A DNA stretch of 32,000 bases from Trichodesmium erythraeum IMS101 (GCF_000014265.1 NC_008312.1:6900001-6932000); one strand, 5' to 3'. Shown: positions 18,044 through 28,468, counted from the stretch's first letter. Numbers and translations are program-made. Notes: generated by a model not told the origin, from the sequence alone.

Positions 18044-20203
18044 ATGATAGTAACGTTTTTATTAGAAATTGGTACAGAAGAATTACCGGCAAATTTTGTC
18101 TATGAAGCCATACAACAGTGGCAAGAACTTATCCCGATGACCCTCAAAGAAGCATTCCTGACAAATGATTCAGTTAATGTGTACGCTACACCTAGGCGTT
18201 TAGCAGTGGTAATTGACGCTTTGCCAACTAAACAACCAGACCGAGAAGAAGAAATTAAAGGACCTCCGGCTAAGGCGGCTTTTAAAGATGGTAAACCTAC
18301 TAAAGCGGCAGAAGGATTTAGTAAAAAACAAGGAGTACAACTTAATGATCTACAAATATGTACTACAGAAAAAGGTGATTTTGTTTTCGTAAATAAAAAA
18401 ATTCAGGGTAAACCAACAGCAGCAATTCTGACAGAATTAATACCAAAATGGATCGATAAACTAGAAGGTAAAAGATTTATGCGTTGGGCAGATGGAGAAC
18501 TTAAATTTCCCCGCCCTATTAGATGGTTAGTAGCATTGTTAGATGATGAAATCTTGCCGATAAATTTAGATAATGGTTCGCAGAAAATTACAAGCGATCG
18601 CTTCTCTTATGGTCATAGAGTTTTGCATCCTAAATTAATAGAAATTTCTCAAGCAAAAAATTATGTGGAAGTATTGAAAAAAGCCTACATTGAAGTAGAC
18701 TATAAACAAAGAAAAAGCAAAATTGAACAACAAATAAAAACTGCAGCTGAAGAAATTAAAGGAAAAGCAGAAATTTCGGAAGAATTATTAGCAGAAGTCA
18801 CAAATTTAGTAGAATGGCCAACAGTAGTAATTGGAAAGTTTGATGAAGAATTTTTAATTTTACCTGGGGAAGTAACAACAACAGTAATGGAGACACATCA
18901 ACGTTACTTTCCTGTTTTCAAATCTACAAAAACTTTTAAAGACATGGAGTTGTTGCCATATTTTATTACCATTTCTAATGGCGACCCAGAAAAATCAGAA
19001 ATTATTGCTATAGGGAACGAAAGAGTAATTAAAGCGAGATTAGCAGACGGACAATTTTTCTATAAAACAGATTTAGCTAAACCATTAGAAAGCTATTTGC
19101 CTGAATTAGAAACAGTTACATTCCAAGCCAAATTAGGCTCAATGAGAGAAAAAGTTAAACGTATTGTTAGTATAGCTAAGTTAATTGCTGGACAGTTACA
19201 AATAACTCAAGAAGAATCCAAAAATATAGAAAGAGCAGCTCTTCTTTGCAAAGCTGACTTAGTAACTCAAATGGTTTATGAATTTCCTGAATTACAAGGA
19301 GTAATGGGAGAAAAATATGCTCGCGCTGCTGGAGAAACTGAAGCAGTGGCAACTGCAATTTTTGAACATTATTTACCTAGAGGTGCCGGGGATATTTTAC
19401 CCAAAACTATTAGTGGTCAAGTTATAAGTTTGGCAGATAGACTTGATACTTTGGTAAGTATTTTTGGATTAGGAATGTTACCTACAGGTTCCGCGGATCC
19501 TTTTGCTTTACGTCGGGCTGCAAATGGGGTGGTTAATATTAGTTGGTCAGCTAATTTGCCATTAAATTTACATCAGTTATTAGAAGAAATTGCTACAAAT
19601 TTTTTCAAAACTTATTCCCAAACAAACTCAGATTTATTAGCACAGTTATCTAACTTTTTATTGCAGCGAATTAAAACTATTTTACTGGAGGAAAAAAATA
19701 TTGATTATGATTTAGTAAATGCGGTTTTAGGCGATAACGATGCTGAATATAAAGAAAGAGGATTAAAAGATTTATTAGATGTGCGTAATCGGGCAATTTT
19801 CTTACAAAATATTCGGCAAAATGGTATGCTTGGTAAAATATATGAAACTATTAACCGTTCAACTCGCTTAGCTGCTCAAGGTGAGTTGGATAAAATACAA
19901 CTTAAGCCTTTAAAAGTTATAGATTCAAAACTGTTTAAAAGTGAATCAGAATTAGCTTTTTATAATGCTTTGGTTGAGTTAGTTCCTCAAACAGAAATAT
20001 CTCAAAAAACCAGAAATTATCAACAATTAGTCGATGCCTTATTGAAAATAGCTCCTACAGTTAGTAATTTCTTTGATGGGCCTGACAGTGTATTGGTAAT
20101 AGACCCTGACCCGAAAATTAAAAAAAATCGCTTGAATTTATTAGGTTTACTCCGCAACAATGCTAGAGTGTTGGCAGACTTTGGCCAAATAGTGAAAAAT
20201 TAA
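18044..20203 (+). CDS. glyS: Glycine--tRNA ligase beta subunit.
   Basis: 719-aa ORF. The N-terminus [15 protein letters not shown] and the later TPRRLAV, HQRYFPV and [10 protein letters not shown] motifs are typical of GlyS. Confidence 0.93.
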   Translation: MIVTFLLEIGTEELPANFVYEAIQQWQELIPMTLKEAFLTNDSVNVYATPRRLAVVIDALPTKQPDREEEIKGPPAKAAFKDGKPTKAAEGFSKKQGVQLNDLQICTTEKGDFVFVNKKIQGKPTAAILTELIPKWIDKLEGKRFMRWADGELKFPRPIRWLVALLDDEILPINLDNGSQKITSDRFSYGHRVLHPKLIEISQAKNYVEVLKKAYIEVDYKQRKSKIEQQIKTAAEEIKGKAEISEELLAEVTNLVEWPTVVIGKFDEEFLILPGEVTTTVMETHQRYFPVFKSTKTFKDMELLPYFITISNGDPEKSEIIAIGNERVIKARLADGQFFYKTDLAKPLESYLPELETVTFQAKLGSMREKVKRIVSIAKLIAGQLQITQEESKNIERAALLCKADLVTQMVYEFPELQGVMGEKYARAAGETEAVATAIFEHYLPRGAGDILPKTISGQVISLADRLDTLVSIFGLGMLPTGSADPFALRRAANGVVNISWSANLPLNLHQLLEEIATNFFKTYSQTNSDLLAQLSNFLLQRIKTILLEEKNIDYDLVNAVLGDNDAEYKERGLKDLLDVRNRAIFLQNIRQNGMLGKIYETINRSTRLAAQGELDKIQLKPLKVIDSKLFKSESELAFYNALVELVPQTEISQKTRNYQQLVDALLKIAPTVSNFFDGPDSVLVIDPDPKIKKNRLNLLGLLRNNARVLADFGQIVKN

Positions 20204-20456
20204 GGTAGAAGCTATAGCTGAAGTCAGAGGTTAAATTCTTGCTGTAAATGTATTTTAAGAATTTGAAAATATCCGCGCTAATAATGGCGAGTCTTATAAT
20301 ATTGAAATTTGTTCCTAAGAAGCTTTCCTAGTAATTTGTCTAGTTGATTTTGAAAGAGCTTCCCCAGTTTCCAGAATAAATTGTTATTTTTAATAATAGA
20401 TATCTAGAGTTAGTACATCTATTGTCCAATAGAATAAGGTTTGTTGCAGGTCAACA

Positions 20457-20615
20457 CAGAAGTACAGGAAGTAAAGAAGTAGGTCAGCGCAGATAAATGG
20501 CTTGGTCACTAAGTCCAGTATAGTAAGAATAGTCCCCTAATTCTTTGGTCTAGGTATGCGCCCACTTATCCGATCCATACAGGAGCTTGAGCCACCGAAC
20601 TTCTGGTACTTCTCG
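20457..20615. other. 159-bp segment bounded by a long interrupted inverted repeat. It could be a structured ncRNA or a small non-autonomous element.
   Basis: AGAAGTACAGGAAGT (20458-20472) pairs with ACTTCTGGTACTTCT (20599-20613) as 8 bp, then one A.G mismatch, then one G.U plus 5 bp. The region is ORF-free and lies inside an 838-bp spacer. Confidence 0.3.
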
Positions 20616-21041
20616 TACTGGGCAAAATTTGGCTAAAGTATAATTTGTATGAATGCTTTAAGAATTAATCAGCAAGCCCTATCTCGGAAAGAACCGAATT
20701 GAAAGGTTGGCCTGAGTAAATTCTGGAAGTATTAACTCAGTAAGGTGCTCTAAATAGCTAATATAGTAGTTAAAGTATAGGGTAGAACATTCCTAAATGT
20801 TGAAACTCACCTAAAAGGTTGCTTCTAGTTTAATAGGGTTAAGATAAGACGAAAATTTATAAGGTATCGAAGCATTAGAGTAACTCTTAAAATAGACAGA
20901 ACTGCAAAAAAAAATACTTAAGTGAACCGTATTGACTTCGTGCTTTCTGACTTCTGAGTCCTGTTATAAATACTGCTCCGGCTATCCTTAAAAATTCAAA
21001 ATAATAAGGCCTGGAAATTTGTTCTTCTTAGAAAATTCACT

Positions 21042-22430
21042 ATGTCAAAAGCTCATATTATTGGTTTCGGAAAATCAGGTGTAGCTGCTGCGCGACTACT
21101 GAAAAAAAATGGTTGGGAAGTTGAATTGAGCGATCGCAATACTTCCGACTCCTTGCAGCAAAAAGAAAAGCAGTTAACTCAAGAGGGTATTACTGTTAAG
21201 TTAAATTATTCATTTGAACCAGAAACCTCTCTAGATTTAGTCATTGTTAGTCCTGGTGTTCCCTGGGACCTACCTGCATTGCAACGGTCTAGAGAAACTG
21301 GAATTGAAACAATAGGGGAAATGGAGTTAGCGTGGCGATATCTCAAGTCTTCCTCCTGGGTGGGTATTACCGGTACTAATGGCAAAACTACTACTACTGC
21401 TTTAACTGCTGCGATTTTTCAGACGGCCGGATTGTATGCCCCTGCTTGTGGTAATATAGGATATGCTGCTTGTGAATTGGCCTTACAGGACACTCTACCG
21501 GATTGGGTAATTGCAGAAATAAGTAGTTATCAAATTGAGTCTTCCAATACTCTAAGTCCACAAATTGCTGTATGGACTACTTTTACTGCGGACCATCTTA
21601 GTCGCCACTACAATTTGGAAAATTATTTTAATATTAAAGCTGATTTATTAAATCGCTCTCAAATACAAATTCTCAATGGTGATGACTACTACCTTCATGA
21701 AAATGCAGCACATCTTTATCATAATTCTTACTGGACAAGTATTCAGGGAAAAGCTAATTTAGTGGCAGATGTGACTAGAGGAATTTATCTTGAAGATGGA
21801 TGGGTAGTAGCTTTGCAGGAAAAAATAATTCCTGTGGAGTTGTTGCAAATGTTGGGAAGTCATAATCAGCAGAATTTATTGATGGCAGTGGCAGTGGCGA
21901 AGTTTGCAGGGATAGAAAATGAGGCGATCGCCGAGGCGGTGAAAAATTTTCCTGGTGTCCCCCACCGTCTAGAATATATTTGCAGATGGAATGGAGTAGA
22001 TTTTATTAATGATAGTAAAGCTACAAATTATGATGCTGCAGCAATGGGTTTAAAAGCTTTAGTAGCACCTATATTATTGATTGCTGGTGGTGAAGCTAAA
22101 GAGGGTAATGATAATGATTGGTTGCGACAAATTAAGGAAAAAGTTGTTTTTGTTTTGTTAATTGGTAGTGCTGCTGAGTTTTTAGCTAAGAGATTACAAA
22201 AGATTAATTTTCTGAATTATGAAATAGTAGAAAATATGGAACGTGCAGTAATTAGAGGTGCAGCATTGTCAAAAAAATATGATGCTAAGACTGTGTTATT
22301 ATCTCCCGCTTGTGCTAGTTTTGACCAGTATCAAAATTTTGAAGAAAGAGGAGAAGTTTTTCGCCAGTTATCTTTAGGATTAAACCATAAGAAAAAAAAT
22401 GACATAAGGTTTGGTTCAAGCAGAATTTAA
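21042..22430 (+). CDS. murD: UDP-N-acetylmuramoylalanine--D-glutamate ligase.
   Basis: 462-aa ORF. It has a Rossmann-like N-terminus (GFGKSGVAAARLL), the Mur ligase P-loop (GITGTNGKTTT), and DSKATN and LLSPACASFDQ near the C-terminus. Confidence 0.93.
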   Translation: MSKAHIIGFGKSGVAAARLLKKNGWEVELSDRNTSDSLQQKEKQLTQEGITVKLNYSFEPETSLDLVIVSPGVPWDLPALQRSRETGIETIGEMELAWRYLKSSSWVGITGTNGKTTTTALTAAIFQTAGLYAPACGNIGYAACELALQDTLPDWVIAEISSYQIESSNTLSPQIAVWTTFTADHLSRHYNLENYFNIKADLLNRSQIQILNGDDYYLHENAAHLYHNSYWTSIQGKANLVADVTRGIYLEDGWVVALQEKIIPVELLQMLGSHNQQNLLMAVAVAKFAGIENEAIAEAVKNFPGVPHRLEYICRWNGVDFINDSKATNYDAAAMGLKALVAPILLIAGGEAKEGNDNDWLRQIKEKVVFVLLIGSAAEFLAKRLQKINFLNYEIVENMERAVIRGAALSKKYDAKTVLLSPACASFDQYQNFEERGEVFRQLSLGLNHKKKNDIRFGSSRI

Positions 22431-22478
22431 ACAAATAGTAAGTATTGAGGAAAAATCTATAGCATCTGCAACCCATAA

Positions 22479-23363
22479 AAAATTTTTTTCCAATGTTATC
22501 ATTTTTGTGGGGATATTAAACAATTTGACAACCACGAATGGTTAAAATAAATTGGTTTACAAGAAATAAATTTGGTAGTAGGATGTTCTCCGTGTTAGGG
22601 TTTTTCAGTAGCAGGAAAAAAAAATCTATATGACCTAAGAAATAATTTATTTGGAGAGTTTTTGAGAGTAGTTTCTGAAGTTTGTCTTTGGTATGTTGTT
22701 ATGGAAAATGTGCCAGGAATTATTACTATGAGAAAAGGTGCTGTGAAAAATGATATTTATCAAGAATTTTTCGATATTGGTTATTCTGATTTATCTGTAG
22801 AAATTTTAGAATCTGCTGCCTATGGAGTAACACAAATTCGTCCTATAAATTTTTTTATTGCCAATTAATTTGGTAAGGTTAATTCTTACCCAAAACCTCA
22901 ACTATTACCTCACCAATATAAACCAATAGAATCAGCAATTTCTGAACTTCTAGAATTAACTCCTATTCCAAAAATTAATCATCAGTGGAGTCGACATTCA
23001 CAGGAATATATGGAAAGACTTGCTTAAGTAACTCCTGGTGGTTATTTATATAAAACTTATGCTGATGGTTTACTTAGCTTCACCCGAAGCGGAATTAATG
23101 GAAACAGTGTAACTTTCGATAGTCCGAATTTCTTCTTTCAACTACCCAACTTCATCTGAAGTAGAATTAATGAAAACCTTAATATCCATCAGAAAAGGAA
23201 GCTCCAACAAAGAATGCTACTCAGCTTCGTCTGAAGCGGAATTAATGGAAATACTGGAAAAGTCAAATATATTATTAGTGGTGATATAGCAAATCCAACA
23301 ACTAGAGCGAACTAATGGTATAATCCTATAACAGAAGTGTCTCGGAGATTAACGACAGAATAA
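22479..23363 (+). pseudogene. DNA (cytosine-5)-methyltransferase pseudogene. It is 5'-truncated and has multiple stops and frame disruptions.
   Basis: Frame-0 hand translation reads ...HFCGDIKQFDNHEWLK*IGLQEINLVVGCSPC*GFSVAGKKNLYDLRNNLFGEFLRVVSEV...MENVPGI...YGVTQIRPINFFIAN*...PGGYLYK...IANPTTRAN*. This gives motif IV (PCQ, with the Q codon now TAG at 22596-22598), motif VI (ENVPG), motif VIII (QxRxR-like) and motif X (GNAVPP-like IANPTT). The motif I region is missing. Track ORF 22662..22868 is just one fragment of it. Confidence 0.8.
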
Positions 23364-23708
23364 ATTTTTCAAGGTTTGGAGGCAAACTGAAGCCACAGTT
23401 AGGTTGGTGGTTAGTTATGTCAATGGGATTTTCGTTCATAGCTGCAAGAGTAACACAACAACACAAAAATCTAGTTTAGCGATCGCTCCCATCGTTGGTA
23501 TTACTTGATCACTTTCCCCACACTTTCTTGATGTATTAACCCAAATCTGATGTTTTCATGATATTTTTCTAACAAGTAGAGATCATATTTTTAGCATTAG
23601 AGTTCTTCAAAAAATATACTCGTCAAATCAATTTTTATTCATAAATTATCAATTACTTCTCACTATTACAGCGATACCTCCAAACCTTCTAACCTTCTGA
23701 TGTTTTTT

Positions 23709-24449
23709 TTATAATCCTTCTATTTCTGAATCTTCAATAACTTGCAAACCTCTAGGGTCTCCCACTCTTAACAAAGATGATTTAGCATCTTCGCGTACAC
23801 CCATATCCTCATCTTCCTCTAATGCTTCTATCAAAGCATCAATTGCACCAGCATAAACAATATTAGAAGGTAATTCGCGACATAACTGACCAATAGCCCA
23901 TGCACAATTACTCCGCACTACAATCATTGAGTCTCGTCGTAAACCTTCAATTAACGGTGGTATTGCTCCTACTACCACCTCATAACTTACTTTAGCCATT
24001 TGCCCTAAAGAACTAGCAGCCCATAAACGTACTGCCGGAATATCTGTTCTCAAGGCATCGACCAAAGGTTCCAGGGATCGTTGATCGCGACAATTCCCCA
24101 AGGCCCAGACAATACCTTTACGAACATAGCCATTAAAGTCCAAATTTAATTGTGCAATTAGGGGTTCCACAGCATCTGGACTAGGGTTTCGGCCCAAAGC
24201 ATAAGCAGCACTTACCCGTATTAATGGACAATCATCCTTTAATAACTGAATTAACGGGGAAATAGCTCGTTGATCCTGAAGTTCACAGAAAACCCGAGTA
24301 GCCATCATCCGTTGGGAAGATTCTGAGGATGTCAGCAATGGTAAAACTTCCTCTGGATCTGGCTTCAGGACTTCTTCTTCTCCAATATAGTCCAGAGGAC
24401 TTTCTGCTATTGACTCAATATTTGTTAAGTTAAGGTCTTTATTATGCAT
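23709..24449 (-). CDS. HEAT-repeat protein (PBS-lyase HEAT-like repeats, NblB/CpcE-related class).
   Basis: 246-aa ORF with repeated helical units: RVSAAYALGRNPSPDAVEPLI, VRKGIVWALGNCRDQRSLEPLV, VRLWAASSLGQM and VRSNCAWAIGQL. Confidence 0.75.
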   Translation of the reverse strand: MHNKDLNLTNIESIAESPLDYIGEEEVLKPDPEEVLPLLTSSESSQRMMATRVFCELQDQRAISPLIQLLKDDCPLIRVSAAYALGRNPSPDAVEPLIAQLNLDFNGYVRKGIVWALGNCRDQRSLEPLVDALRTDIPAVRLWAASSLGQMAKVSYEVVVGAIPPLIEGLRRDSMIVVRSNCAWAIGQLCRELPSNIVYAGAIDALIEALEEDEDMGVREDAKSSLLRVGDPRGLQVIEDSEIEGL

Positions 24450-25040
24450 AAAAGTAATTTTAGCAAAAAATTCGGTTTAAAGCCTTATCCATAAGTGATA
24501 AACTTTTTAGTTTTTTTTATACATATGTTATGATATTATTGACTGCTCTTTGGTGAGTAGTTCAAGACAAAAAACAGACAATGAAGATAAGTATAGCCTA
24601 CTCCTCCAACCCTCTTGTGGAAGTTTTTTGAAAGTGAGTGAACAGTCTATAGAGCCTAGAGCCAGGAACTTTCACCCGTAAAACTTTAAATCGTCCTTGA
24701 GCTTCACCTCGGTAAGTATTTCTCTCTATTTTCCTGCCTCACAGCTGGGGAGAATGTTAAAGCAGTTCTTATTAGTAGTAAGTGGGGACATTCTTCCTAC
24801 TCTCTCTTTTAGTCCGTGCTGCGAATTGAATATCTGTGAGTCCTCTATCTGACCTCTCGAATTCTGGCTGCTGAGTTCATCTATACCCCGTTAGTTCCAC
24901 CACATTAATTACCAAATATGCTGTATGACTTTTTGAGTCTTAAGTTTCTGTCGCCAATTCTTGAACTTAGGTGGAATTCTTGAAATACAAATATATCCAA
25001 CTACTAGATCCTAACTAATTCCCATCTCTGTTGAATTCAC

Positions 25041-25068
25041 AGTTCTGAGTTCTTAGTTCTCAGTTTTA
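25041..25068. repeat. Short heptamer repeat: AGTTCTG AGTTCTT AGTTCTC AGTTTTA.
   Basis: Read directly. The AGTTNTN core is the same as in the heptamers at 371-412. Confidence 0.8.
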
Positions 25069-25632
25069 TCCTTACTCAGAAGGTTTACTCAACAAACTCT
25101 ACAGCGCATTTAAGATAAATAAACCACAATAATACAATCTACTATTGACATTATCTTCGGTAAAGTGAAGCGATCGCTTCACTAATAATTAGACTTTGAG
25201 CTGCTGAAGTTCGGGCGTTGCCAAAATTTTGTGGTGCACCGTGTACTAAAAATCTAGTAATTAATGTTTGGGGTAACTCTTGAGTTGCTCAAATGGGTAT
25301 GACAAGTCTGTATTAACTTTGGACATATTGTTTATGATCATTAGTGATAGCTGTATCTACAACAATACCCAAATAAGTATTTAACGTTCTATGGAAACTA
25401 GTATACTGGTAACAAAATGCCTACTGTTTTTCCTGGTTAAGATAACAGTCGGCACCGAGACAGAATATATATAGTAATTTCTATTTGAGTTGGGTAAAAA
25501 AACTAGCTACTTTTAGGAAAAAGGCAAGAGGTAATAGATAAGAAAGTTTCCCAGACCTTTTTACTTTTAGTAAATAACCAACTCTTATTTTACATCTCAG
25601 AGTGAAAATGTCATATTATGCTTACTTTAGAA

Positions 25633-25752
25633 CTATTTATTCAAGAACTTTTGAAATTGTTGCATAGCCACAACACCAATATTAAATACAGCCCAACCAG
25701 CAGCAGCAAGTATAGGTAATAGAACAATTAACAAGCGAAAGTCAAAATCCAT
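25633..25752 (-). CDS. psbY: Photosystem II protein Y, 39 aa. It is too short to appear in the ORF track.
   Basis: Hand translation gives [39 protein letters not shown]. It matches the PsbY pattern (MD..R....L.P...AAGWA.FNIG..A..Q.Q.FL). GAGGAG lies about 9 nt upstream of the ATG. Confidence 0.8.
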   Translation of the reverse strand: MDFDFRLLIVLLPILAAAGWAVFNIGVVAMQQFQKFLNK

Positions 25753-26027
25753 TTATTTTTCTCCTCAAGACTTAAAAGTATCTTTCTTTATTGTTTAATC
25801 TATCGCAATTTGAATTTTATGTTAAGCTTTCTCATCAAAAAATTTTCATATTCTTAACTGGTGAGTAAGAGTATTCCCTAGAAAAGGAAGACCCAAGAAG
25901 AAAAAAAGAAAAAGGTTAATTATTAATACAGCAGATGTCATCAAGGATAAAACACAACCATAGTATTACAAAATTTTCACCTTACCCTAATGTATTTCCT
26001 TCAATTAACTTTTTAATTTTGACAATA

Positions 26028-26573
26028 CTAACTAAACCCAATATCAGTTCCTTTACCAGAATGAACCAAAGCTAACTTTTCATAATGTTCAGCGTGTTTC
26101 AGTAAATTAGTAACCTCTTGCTCCGAAAGATCTCTCACCTTTTTTGCAGGTACCCCGACTACTAAACATGAAGGAGGTACATCCTTAGTTACAATAGACC
26201 CAGCTCCAATTATACTACCTGCTCCGACTCGTAAACCATTCAAAATTACAGCTCCAATACCAATTAAACAACCTTTTTCTATATGGGCCGAGTGAATCAC
26301 AGCTCGATGTCCAACTGTCACATAATCTTCTAAAACAGTTACTAACCCGGGGTCTCCATGCAAAACTGCCCCATCTTGAACATTAGCATGGTTTCCAATA
26401 ATAATCTTTTCCACATCCCCCCGGACTACAGTTCCGTACCAAATACTGGCTCCTTTACCTACTTCTACTTTTCCTATAACTGTAGCGTTATCTGCAACAA
26501 AAGCGGCTTTCGATAAATCTGGAGAAGGCCAAAAAAAGGGCTGGTTTGACATTACTTTATTAATATTTATCAA
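26028..26573 (-). CDS. Gamma-carbonic-anhydrase-like / hexapeptide-repeat (LbH) family protein.
   Basis: 181-aa ORF with left-handed beta-helix hexapeptide repeats and a gamma-CA-like core (IWYGTVVRGDVEKIIIGNHANVQDGAVLHGDPG...VGHRAVIHSAHIEKGCLIGIGAVIL). An alternative ATG lies at 26552. Confidence 0.82.
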   Translation of the reverse strand: MININKVMSNQPFFWPSPDLSKAAFVADNATVIGKVEVGKGASIWYGTVVRGDVEKIIIGNHANVQDGAVLHGDPGLVTVLEDYVTVGHRAVIHSAHIEKGCLIGIGAVILNGLRVGAGSIIGAGSIVTKDVPPSCLVVGVPAKKVRDLSEQEVTNLLKHAEHYEKLALVHSGKGTDIGFS

Positions 26574-26795
26574 TATTATTATAATTGTAATTTAATCATC
26601 ATTAATTACCTACTTTATAATTTAAATCATTATAGGTATCCATTACATCAACTATGACATAGCTGATGTCAGGTAGGGTGATTCTTAGATTAATCACCTA
26701 AAGAAGTTAAATTCCCAGCACAGACTAAATTTAAGAGGCGCGAAAATATCTACCATGGCCCTAGTGGCTACTATAACTGATAATTAATAACTGAA

Positions 26796-27317
26796 ATGAC
26801 CCAATTTTCTATTGACCCCCTTCTCAATTATCCAATATTTGGCCCTGAAATCCAGTGCCCCCACTGTTGCCAGACCATTCCAGCCCTCACCTTAACAGAT
26901 ACTTATTTATGTCCTCGTCATGGAGCATTTGAGGCTGACTCAAATACTGGTAAATTAGTTCATCTTCACTCTGGCCGTAGCTGGCGTCTCTGGAATGACC
27001 AGTGGTATCGGCAACATGCCCATGCTGATGGGATTAGATTTGAAATACATGAGGCTTTAGACCAATTATATACTCAAGGATATCGGGCTACTCGTGTAAT
27101 TATTGCTCAAAGATATCGAAACTTAGTTAATGCTTATTTGGAACGGAGTACCTCCTGGCGTCATGATTCCGACTCTTGTCAACCAAAACTTTATGGTTTA
27201 CCTGTAGAATTTAGTCCAGACCCACAAGATGAAGCTTGTTGGGAAGTAATTAATTTTAAATTGGAGAAAGAACAAGGGGAATTAGCTAGGTATCCTTATT
27301 TTCGGTTGTTTGAATAA
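26796..27317 (+). CDS. Conserved hypothetical protein with an N-terminal CxxC...CPxH zinc-ribbon-like motif.
   Basis: 173-aa ORF with coding-like composition. CPHCC and CPRH lie 17 residues apart. I can support no family assignment. Confidence 0.6.
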   Translation: MTQFSIDPLLNYPIFGPEIQCPHCCQTIPALTLTDTYLCPRHGAFEADSNTGKLVHLHSGRSWRLWNDQWYRQHAHADGIRFEIHEALDQLYTQGYRATRVIIAQRYRNLVNAYLERSTSWRHDSDSCQPKLYGLPVEFSPDPQDEACWEVINFKLEKEQGELARYPYFRLFE

Positions 27318-27381
27318 CTTTACTTTGAGTAGCTTTAAGGTGGAGAATTAATCTGGAAATCAAGTTAAAATATTAAAATCA

Positions 27382-27819
27382 ATGCACCATGCCTCAATTA
27401 AGACTGCTGATATTCATAAAGCGATCGCTTTCTATGAAAAATTAGGTTTTACAGTCTGTGAACGCTTTACCACAGGCTACACTTTAGCATGTTGGATGGA
27501 AGGATTAAATAGTATAATTGAACTAATTCAAGTTCCTGAACCATTAACTGTATTTGATGCTTTTGGGGATGAACATTATGTTGGATATTATCATTTATCA
27601 TTTGATTTAACTGAAAATATTCCAGATTTACCTAGTTGGTTAAATGCATTAAAAGAAAAGTTTGATTCAGCAATAATAGAACAACCAAAAATGTTTCAAC
27701 CATTAAAAATTCTCTTAGAACCTACTCAACAAATGATTGGAAATAATGTTTATGAGGTAACTTTTATTGCGGATAGTGATGGTTTACCTCTAGAATTTCT
27801 TAGGAAATTAAATTCCTAG
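27382..27819 (+). CDS. VOC (glyoxalase/bleomycin-resistance/dioxygenase) family protein.
   Basis: 145-aa ORF. The N-terminal MHHASIKTADIHKAIAFYEKLGF is the typical first beta-alpha-beta module of VOC proteins. HLSF is present later. Confidence 0.7.
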   Translation: MHHASIKTADIHKAIAFYEKLGFTVCERFTTGYTLACWMEGLNSIIELIQVPEPLTVFDAFGDEHYVGYYHLSFDLTENIPDLPSWLNALKEKFDSAIIEQPKMFQPLKILLEPTQQMIGNNVYEVTFIADSDGLPLEFLRKLNS

Positions 27820-27995
27820 GTATTTATCTATCAAAATAAAACTTGTATTCAAGTACAAAAAAGTGATTTAATATGAACAAGTTTAATTCTTCTAAATTAT
27901 AGATTCAACTTAATTATCATTAGGGTTTATTTATGAAAAAGATTAAACTTTATCTATTTAATTAGACTTTAAAACTTGATAATTACTATATATTT

Positions 27996-28343
27996 TTGAG
28001 CTTTAAAACAAGATTTAATATAGAGATGATTAAACAAAAAATTCGTCAATGGCACAAAGTATTTGCTCCCATAGTTTTCCTACCATTATTTGTAACTGTA
28101 ATTACAGGAGTAGCTTACAGACTAGGTAGAAATTGGTTTGGATTATCCAAAGACCAAGCACATATTTTAATGGTAATTCACGAAGCTGGATATCTTGGTG
28201 AAAAAATTAAACCTTTTTATGTACTATTAATTGGTATCGGCTTAATTTGGATGTTAGTAACAGGTATTATGATTAGCGGTTTATTTAGTAAAAAGAAACC
28301 AAAAAAGAAGACAAGTTTAGAAGTTAATTTAACAGATTCATAA
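27996..28343 (+). CDS. Small membrane protein with two transmembrane helices, PepSY-associated-TM-like.
   Basis: The pattern RQWHKVFAPIVFLPLFVTVITG followed by a second helix, LLIGIGLIWMLVTGIMI, fits this class. The track start is a TTG. The first ATG is at 28026 (MIKQK...). Confidence 0.55.
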   Translation: MSFKTRFNIEMIKQKIRQWHKVFAPIVFLPLFVTVITGVAYRLGRNWFGLSKDQAHILMVIHEAGYLGEKIKPFYVLLIGIGLIWMLVTGIMISGLFSKKKPKKKTSLEVNLTDS

Positions 28344-28468
28344 CTAATAAAAGTAAATAAAATTAACTTAAAATTATACTGTTGTATGATCTAATATAGA
28401 TACCAATAATCAAGATTAACTATCTCAAAGATCCTGACTTATAATAAGTTAATAACTAGTGTCAAAAA

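Noticed and set aside
19176-19358. Track ORF 19176..19358(-)
   Set aside because: It is antisense within glyS.
22662-22868. Track ORF 22662..22868(+) as an independent small gene
   Set aside because: It is the motif VI-VIII fragment of the cytosine-5 methyltransferase pseudogene. Its 'start' is an internal TTG codon in the same frame as upstream motif IV.
24600-24610. Yfr1-like sRNA motif (ACTCCTCCAAC versus the conserved ACUCCUCACAC)
   Set aside because: The core motif does not match exactly, and I could not find the two flanking stem-loops characteristic of Yfr1.
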